Shown in pieces: positions 47,237 to 51,215 of a stretch of 51,215 nt of DNA; position 1 is the first letter of the stretch; every line of letters begins with the position of its first letter. Source of the stretch: an uncultured Chitinophagaceae bacterium (lineage in GTDB: Bacteria > Bacteroidota > Bacteroidia > Chitinophagales > Chitinophagaceae); NCBI GenBank assembly GCA_964387165.1, contig CAYLVR010000001.1:1-51215 (forward strand), read 5' to 3'. Position numbers and translations under genes: made by a program. The notes under the pieces were generated by a model, which ran no database searches, had not been told where the DNA came from, and saw nothing but the letters and a program-made list of their open reading frames with translations.

Positions 47237-47329
47237 AATTAATTTGTATTTGATTGTTTATCTCCTGCAAAAATGGTTTTTGCAGATTATCAGAATATTA
47301 TCTGTAGGTTAACAGAATATTACGTTTAC

Positions 47330-50143
47330 CTAGAAAGTATATAAAAAACTTGCTCCGAAGTTGGTTCCAAACCTTGAGCTGGCCCATATACGATCATTGT
47401 CTTTTTCATAATGTTTTTTAGAAATAACACCTTTATCAGTTCTGTAGTTCTGATAAAAAATCTGGCGTTGGTTTAACAGGTCGGATATATTTATTCTGAC
47501 CTCTCCTTTTTTATGAAAGATTTTTTTACTGATCTGAAAATCTACTACTGTTCTGCCATTTTCGTAAATGTCGGGCAAGCCTACAGGATCGTTACCAACT
47601 GCTTCTATCCGATGGCCAATCCGATTAGCCAGCAGGTTAGCGGTAAAATCGTTGTTGTTAATTGAATAAGACAATCCGGCATTAAATAGATAAGGAGACT
47701 GACCCTGCATCGGGCGGTCTTTATCTGCAACAGCTACGTCAAGTCCGTCAACATTAACGGTAGAATGTATATATGCAGCATTTGCGAAAACATAAAGATT
47801 CTCAAGCCAGGAGGCTTCTCCAATAAAACTCAGGCGTTTTCTTATTTCAGTTTCTACACCATAATTCAATGCATATTTTGCATTATAATATTCAAATATC
47901 AGATTCAGCGTATTGGATCCCGGATCTACTCTCAGTTCGATTGGTTTGTTAAAGTGTTTAGCGAATACAGAGGCAGAAAATATTTCACCATTAGAAGGAT
48001 AGGTTTCAAATCTGAGGTCAATATTTGTATTCTGGCTCCTTTCAAGTTTTGTATTACCGCGCACCTGAACGTTTCTCACAAAATCATAGAAAGAGAAATT
48101 GGCAATTTCCCTGAATTCGGGACGGCTTACTGTTCGGCTAGCTGAAAAACGCAGGTTCGTGTTAGCTGTTAGTTTATAAGTAAGATTAATGGAAGGAAGG
48201 ATATCGATATAATCTTTTTTAGCTTTAACTTTTGCTCCTGAAAAGTCGGCTGTGTTTACTTCGAACCCGAAACTTTCCACACGAAGGCCCCAAACCAGGC
48301 GCCATTTTTCTGCGAGTTTGCTATCCAGCATTGCATATCCTGCATTTAAGAGAGTGCTGGCGTCGTAGCTATCAGTATTATTGGTGATCTCTTCCAGCGC
48401 AAGGCCGTTTGGCTGCATATTCACCCTGGAAAAAATGGATTTCGGAGACATAAGCAGAATATTGTCATTAAATCCGCTTCCAGGTGATTTGTTATATCTG
48501 AATATACGTGCAGAAAAGTCGCGTGTTTTATATTGTGAGAAGGCGCCTACCTTCAACGTGCCCGACTTTTTTCCAAACAACGACAAAGGAACCGCGTAAT
48601 TAAGATTTCCGCCGAAAGCATTTTCTTCAAGATTTGCAAAAAAGCGGTAAGTGTCGCGCAGCACTACTTCGTAAGGAACATCAGGCTTTGATGCATTTGA
48701 AGAATCCTTGATAAAAGGAGCGAACCTGTAATCGGGGTTGTCCCGCATGGTCAATGCGTAGTTGAGGTTCCAGCTTAATTTCGCTTTATTCTTTAACGAA
48801 TGATCACCTTCGAGCTGTGTGCTGTATAAGGTTTTAATAATGGTTTCTGCACCTTGAGCGAAGATTGAAGCATACCCACTATAATATTGTATTCCGCTTC
48901 TCTGCAAATTGGAGTTTTCAAAGCTGCGATTGAAGAGGTTCTTGAAAGATATCTTTGAATTTCCTTTTTTGTAAGACAGATTCAGTAATCCGCCTAAAGT
49001 AGTATTGAACCGGTAAGTTGAATCATTGTATGTATAAGCAGCTCCGTTAACCTGTGAAAACTGGTTATCATATTCTGAACGGACCCCTTCCACAAAACCC
49101 TGGCTGTTACGATAAGTTACCCCAAAGATAGAGCCGAGTACAGCGTCATTTTTTAAAGTATAGCGTTGTCCCCACGTTAATTGGTAGCTCTGATTAGGCA
49201 ATGCATTTCCATTATACCTGTCGCCATAAGTGTTTTTCAATAATTGAGAGAATTGGGCTCTATTGGAAAAAGACTGTCCCTGAAAACCTTTTCTTGACGG
49301 AAACCCATCCGGAAGTTTTCTGCTTCCATCATCGAATCCCAGGTAATCATATTTTGCAACATAACCTGGGTTGAAGTCTTTGCCGGTGGATATGGTATTG
49401 ACAGATAAGCCTGCTCCCAAACTCAAAAAATTGTTAGTAGGAACATCTTTTGTTGATATCTGCACCACGCCGCCTGCAAAGTCGCCTGGCAGATCAGGGT
49501 TGGCTGTTTTATATATTACAATATTATCTATCAGGCTGGAAGGAATGATATCGAATGAGAATGCGCGCCGGTCGGGTTCGGAGCTTGGAAGTATTGCATT
49601 GTTTATAATAGCAATGTTGTAACGGTCCACCAAACCTCTCACAATCACGAATTTATTATCCTGAATGGAAGTTCCGCTCACCCGTTTCAACACTTCTCCG
49701 GTGTTTTTATCTGGTGAACGCTTTATTGTTTCTGCAGAGATGCCATCAGATATAGCAGCATTATTTTTTTGCAGATTCAATAATGCATTATCAGATTCCC
49801 TTCTGGCAGTTGCCCTGACAATTACCGCATTTAATTCACTATTGGCCAGTTCCATTACTACATTCAATTCCTGTAAGGCATTACCACCTACATCAGAAAT
49901 TTCTTTGGTAGCGTAGCCAATCGAAGAAAAGATCACCACATATTTTTTACCCGCGTCAAGTTTAATCCGGAATTGGCCTTCCACATCTGATGTAACGCCT
50001 CCTGGAATTCCATTTACTCTTATAGACACTCCATTTATAGGTTCGTTCTTTTCATTAATAACTTTGCCGGAAACTGTGATCGGGCTTTGAGCAGTAACAG
50101 TGATGGTTGAGAGAAAAAATAAATACAATAAAATATGTCTCAC
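47330..50143 (-). CDS. TonB-dependent receptor with an N-terminal carboxypeptidase-regulatory-like domain
   Basis: 937 aa; signal peptide; CarbopepD_reg-like segment ITVSGKVINEKNEPINGVSIRV; plug and barrel; terminal F. It appears to use a GTG start. Confidence 0.88.
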   Translation of the reverse strand: MRHILLYLFFLSTITVTAQSPITVSGKVINEKNEPINGVSIRVNGIPGGVTSDVEGQFRIKLDAGKKYVVIFSSIGYATKEISDVGGNALQELNVVMELANSELNAVIVRATARRESDNALLNLQKNNAAISDGISAETIKRSPDKNTGEVLKRVSGTSIQDNKFVIVRGLVDRYNIAIINNAILPSSEPDRRAFSFDIIPSSLIDNIVIYKTANPDLPGDFAGGVVQISTKDVPTNNFLSLGAGLSVNTISTGKDFNPGYVAKYDYLGFDDGSRKLPDGFPSRKGFQGQSFSNRAQFSQLLKNTYGDRYNGNALPNQSYQLTWGQRYTLKNDAVLGSIFGVTYRNSQGFVEGVRSEYDNQFSQVNGAAYTYNDSTYRFNTTLGGLLNLSYKKGNSKISFKNLFNRSFENSNLQRSGIQYYSGYASIFAQGAETIIKTLYSTQLEGDHSLKNKAKLSWNLNYALTMRDNPDYRFAPFIKDSSNASKPDVPYEVVLRDTYRFFANLEENAFGGNLNYAVPLSLFGKKSGTLKVGAFSQYKTRDFSARIFRYNKSPGSGFNDNILLMSPKSIFSRVNMQPNGLALEEITNNTDSYDASTLLNAGYAMLDSKLAEKWRLVWGLRVESFGFEVNTADFSGAKVKAKKDYIDILPSINLTYKLTANTNLRFSASRTVSRPEFREIANFSFYDFVRNVQVRGNTKLERSQNTNIDLRFETYPSNGEIFSASVFAKHFNKPIELRVDPGSNTLNLIFEYYNAKYALNYGVETEIRKRLSFIGEASWLENLYVFANAAYIHSTVNVDGLDVAVADKDRPMQGQSPYLFNAGLSYSINNNDFTANLLANRIGHRIEAVGNDPVGLPDIYENGRTVVDFQISKKIFHKKGEVRINISDLLNQRQIFYQNYRTDKGVISKKHYEKDNDRIWASSRFGTNFGASFLYTF

Positions 50144-50169
50144 GAAAGCGTTTTATTTAGCACAAAACT

Positions 50170-50224
50170 ATTACCGGAACATTACCGGAATGTTACGCCT
50201 GTGTTACCGCTATGTTACGTGATG
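50170..50224. repeat. five tandem 11-bp units with an invariant TTAC core (candidate winged-helix regulator binding array)
   Basis: attaccggaac, attaccggaat, gttacgcctgt, gttaccgctat, gttacgtgatg. The array lies 27-81 bp upstream of the receptor start codon. Confidence 0.8.
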
Positions 50225-50230
50225 TGGATT

Positions 50231-51196
50231 TTAAAATCGAAACTGCATTCTTAATGTTAATACATCATCTTTTAAATCATCGGTGTACCCATCCAGGGAG
50301 GTGATCTCGTTCCTGATCATGTCATACCAAACCAGAATCTTAATATGCTTATTAAAATAATAGGTGTACCCAACTCCGAGGGTATTGTATTTAATATCAG
50401 CATTATGCGTATTGATCAGTGAGCCGATTTCTGTAGCAGCGATCATAGTATTGGGATCGTAAAAATCGTACTTCATCATGAACTGGTGCTTTTCACTAAA
50501 CAAATTCTGGAGCAAATAGAAAAACGCACCGTTAAACCTCCTTATATAATAAGGTTCATTTAATAATACGCCCGGGGTAGCAGATTCGGTAGCAGATGAG
50601 CTTTGTGTGCCCCACCAATATTCACCTCTCAATTGAGTTAATCCGAATGGGTTCTTTATTCCTAGTTGAGCATCCAGGCCCCGGTATTTTCTTGGTAATT
50701 TGGCTCCTCTGTTATTAGCGGAAGAATCTGCGATGAACTCTTTTCCATGCTGCCGATAGAAAAATGCTGAATTGTTGGCCAGCCCGCCTTCAAAAAAAGA
50801 AAGTCCACCGCTTACAGTCAGCCTGTCCGACAACGCGTATCGTTTTAGTGATATCCGGGAAATAAAGTCTTTGTAACTGTCATAATCTTCCTGACCGGTT
50901 AATCCCTGCCCGTTAAAAAACCCGGCATCCACTTTTATTGAGCGGAAAGGATTGTCTTTTTTCCTCGGTTCAAAAGTCACCATCGCTCCCATATCGCGCT
51001 CCGTTTTCATTAATATCTGCGACATTCTTCCCCTTTCAGGCGTTTCCCGGTCGCCCGAGCTTACATTCACTTCATACCCGAAGGGTCGGGCAAACATACC
51101 GGCGGTAACAGCAAACAGTTGAAGCCTGTTTTCATAAAACCTTCCCCAAAAATCCCTGATCACGACCCCTCTTTCGGTTCCGTCGAATTGAAACAC
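50231..51196 (-). CDS. outer-membrane porin (phosphate-selective porin O/P-like); the N-terminus probably lies beyond the window edge
   Basis: The reading frame stays open to the window end. The segment GMFARPFGYEVNVSSGDRETPERG...ERDMG fits the porin O/P pattern as I recall it. Terminal F. Confidence 0.6.
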   Translation of the reverse strand: MFQFDGTERGVVIRDFWGRFYENRLQLFAVTAGMFARPFGYEVNVSSGDRETPERGRMSQILMKTERDMGAMVTFEPRKKDNPFRSIKVDAGFFNGQGLTGQEDYDSYKDFISRISLKRYALSDRLTVSGGLSFFEGGLANNSAFFYRQHGKEFIADSSANNRGAKLPRKYRGLDAQLGIKNPFGLTQLRGEYWWGTQSSSATESATPGVLLNEPYYIRRFNGAFFYLLQNLFSEKHQFMMKYDFYDPNTMIAATEIGSLINTHNADIKYNTLGVGYTYYFNKHIKILVWYDMIRNEITSLDGYTDDLKDDVLTLRMQFRF

Positions 51197-51215
51197 AACC
51201 TGGGCTTGTGGCAGT

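Overview
This window looks like a chromosomal segment from a Bacteroidota genome, probably Chitinophagia/Sphingobacteriia-like. The supporting signs are AT-rich DNA, TAnnTTTG-type -7 boxes, a T9SS C-terminal sorting domain, a long-form IspG and a Bacteroidetes-type arg cluster. Most of the window is housekeeping: a GGGPS-family gene; an eight-gene arginine cluster (GNAT, argG, argC, argD, argF', argB, argE, argH); a LytTR two-component pair; dxs; scpA; mscL; frr; a WecA/MraY-like transferase; a transketolase N-terminal subunit; ispG; a BatB-like VWA/TPR protein; atpB-E-F-H-A; an MsbA-like ABC exporter; and a PhoP/PhoR-like two-component pair. Two regions look accessory and envelope-related. 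The first is a long minus-strand gene string (23265-31175): TonB-dependent receptor, PAP2/vanadium-haloperoxidase-like lipoprotein, two different outer-membrane barrels, two paralogous single-pass membrane proteins and an amidohydrolase. The second (45397-51196) has a porin, a TonB-dependent receptor and non-SusD lipoproteins. I found no CRISPR array, tRNA, rRNA, intact mobile element or recognisable defence system. The most unusual signals are at the DNA level. (1) Two arrays of tandem 11-bp units with an invariant core kept in helical phase: 14 units with core GAT at 31263-31416 and 5 units with core TTAC at 50170-50224. Each sits upstream of a TonB-receptor gene string. (2) A 267-bp tract of perfect identity inside otherwise diverged paralogs that flank an outer-membrane barrel gene. 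(3) A dispersed family of double-hairpin intergenic elements. (4) A terminator-like leader upstream of the arg cluster. At the protein level there is a class D beta-lactamase homolog that has lost its catalytic Ser, and two secreted proteins with candidate Cys/His catalytic motifs. All homology calls come from reading motifs by eye; no database search was run.
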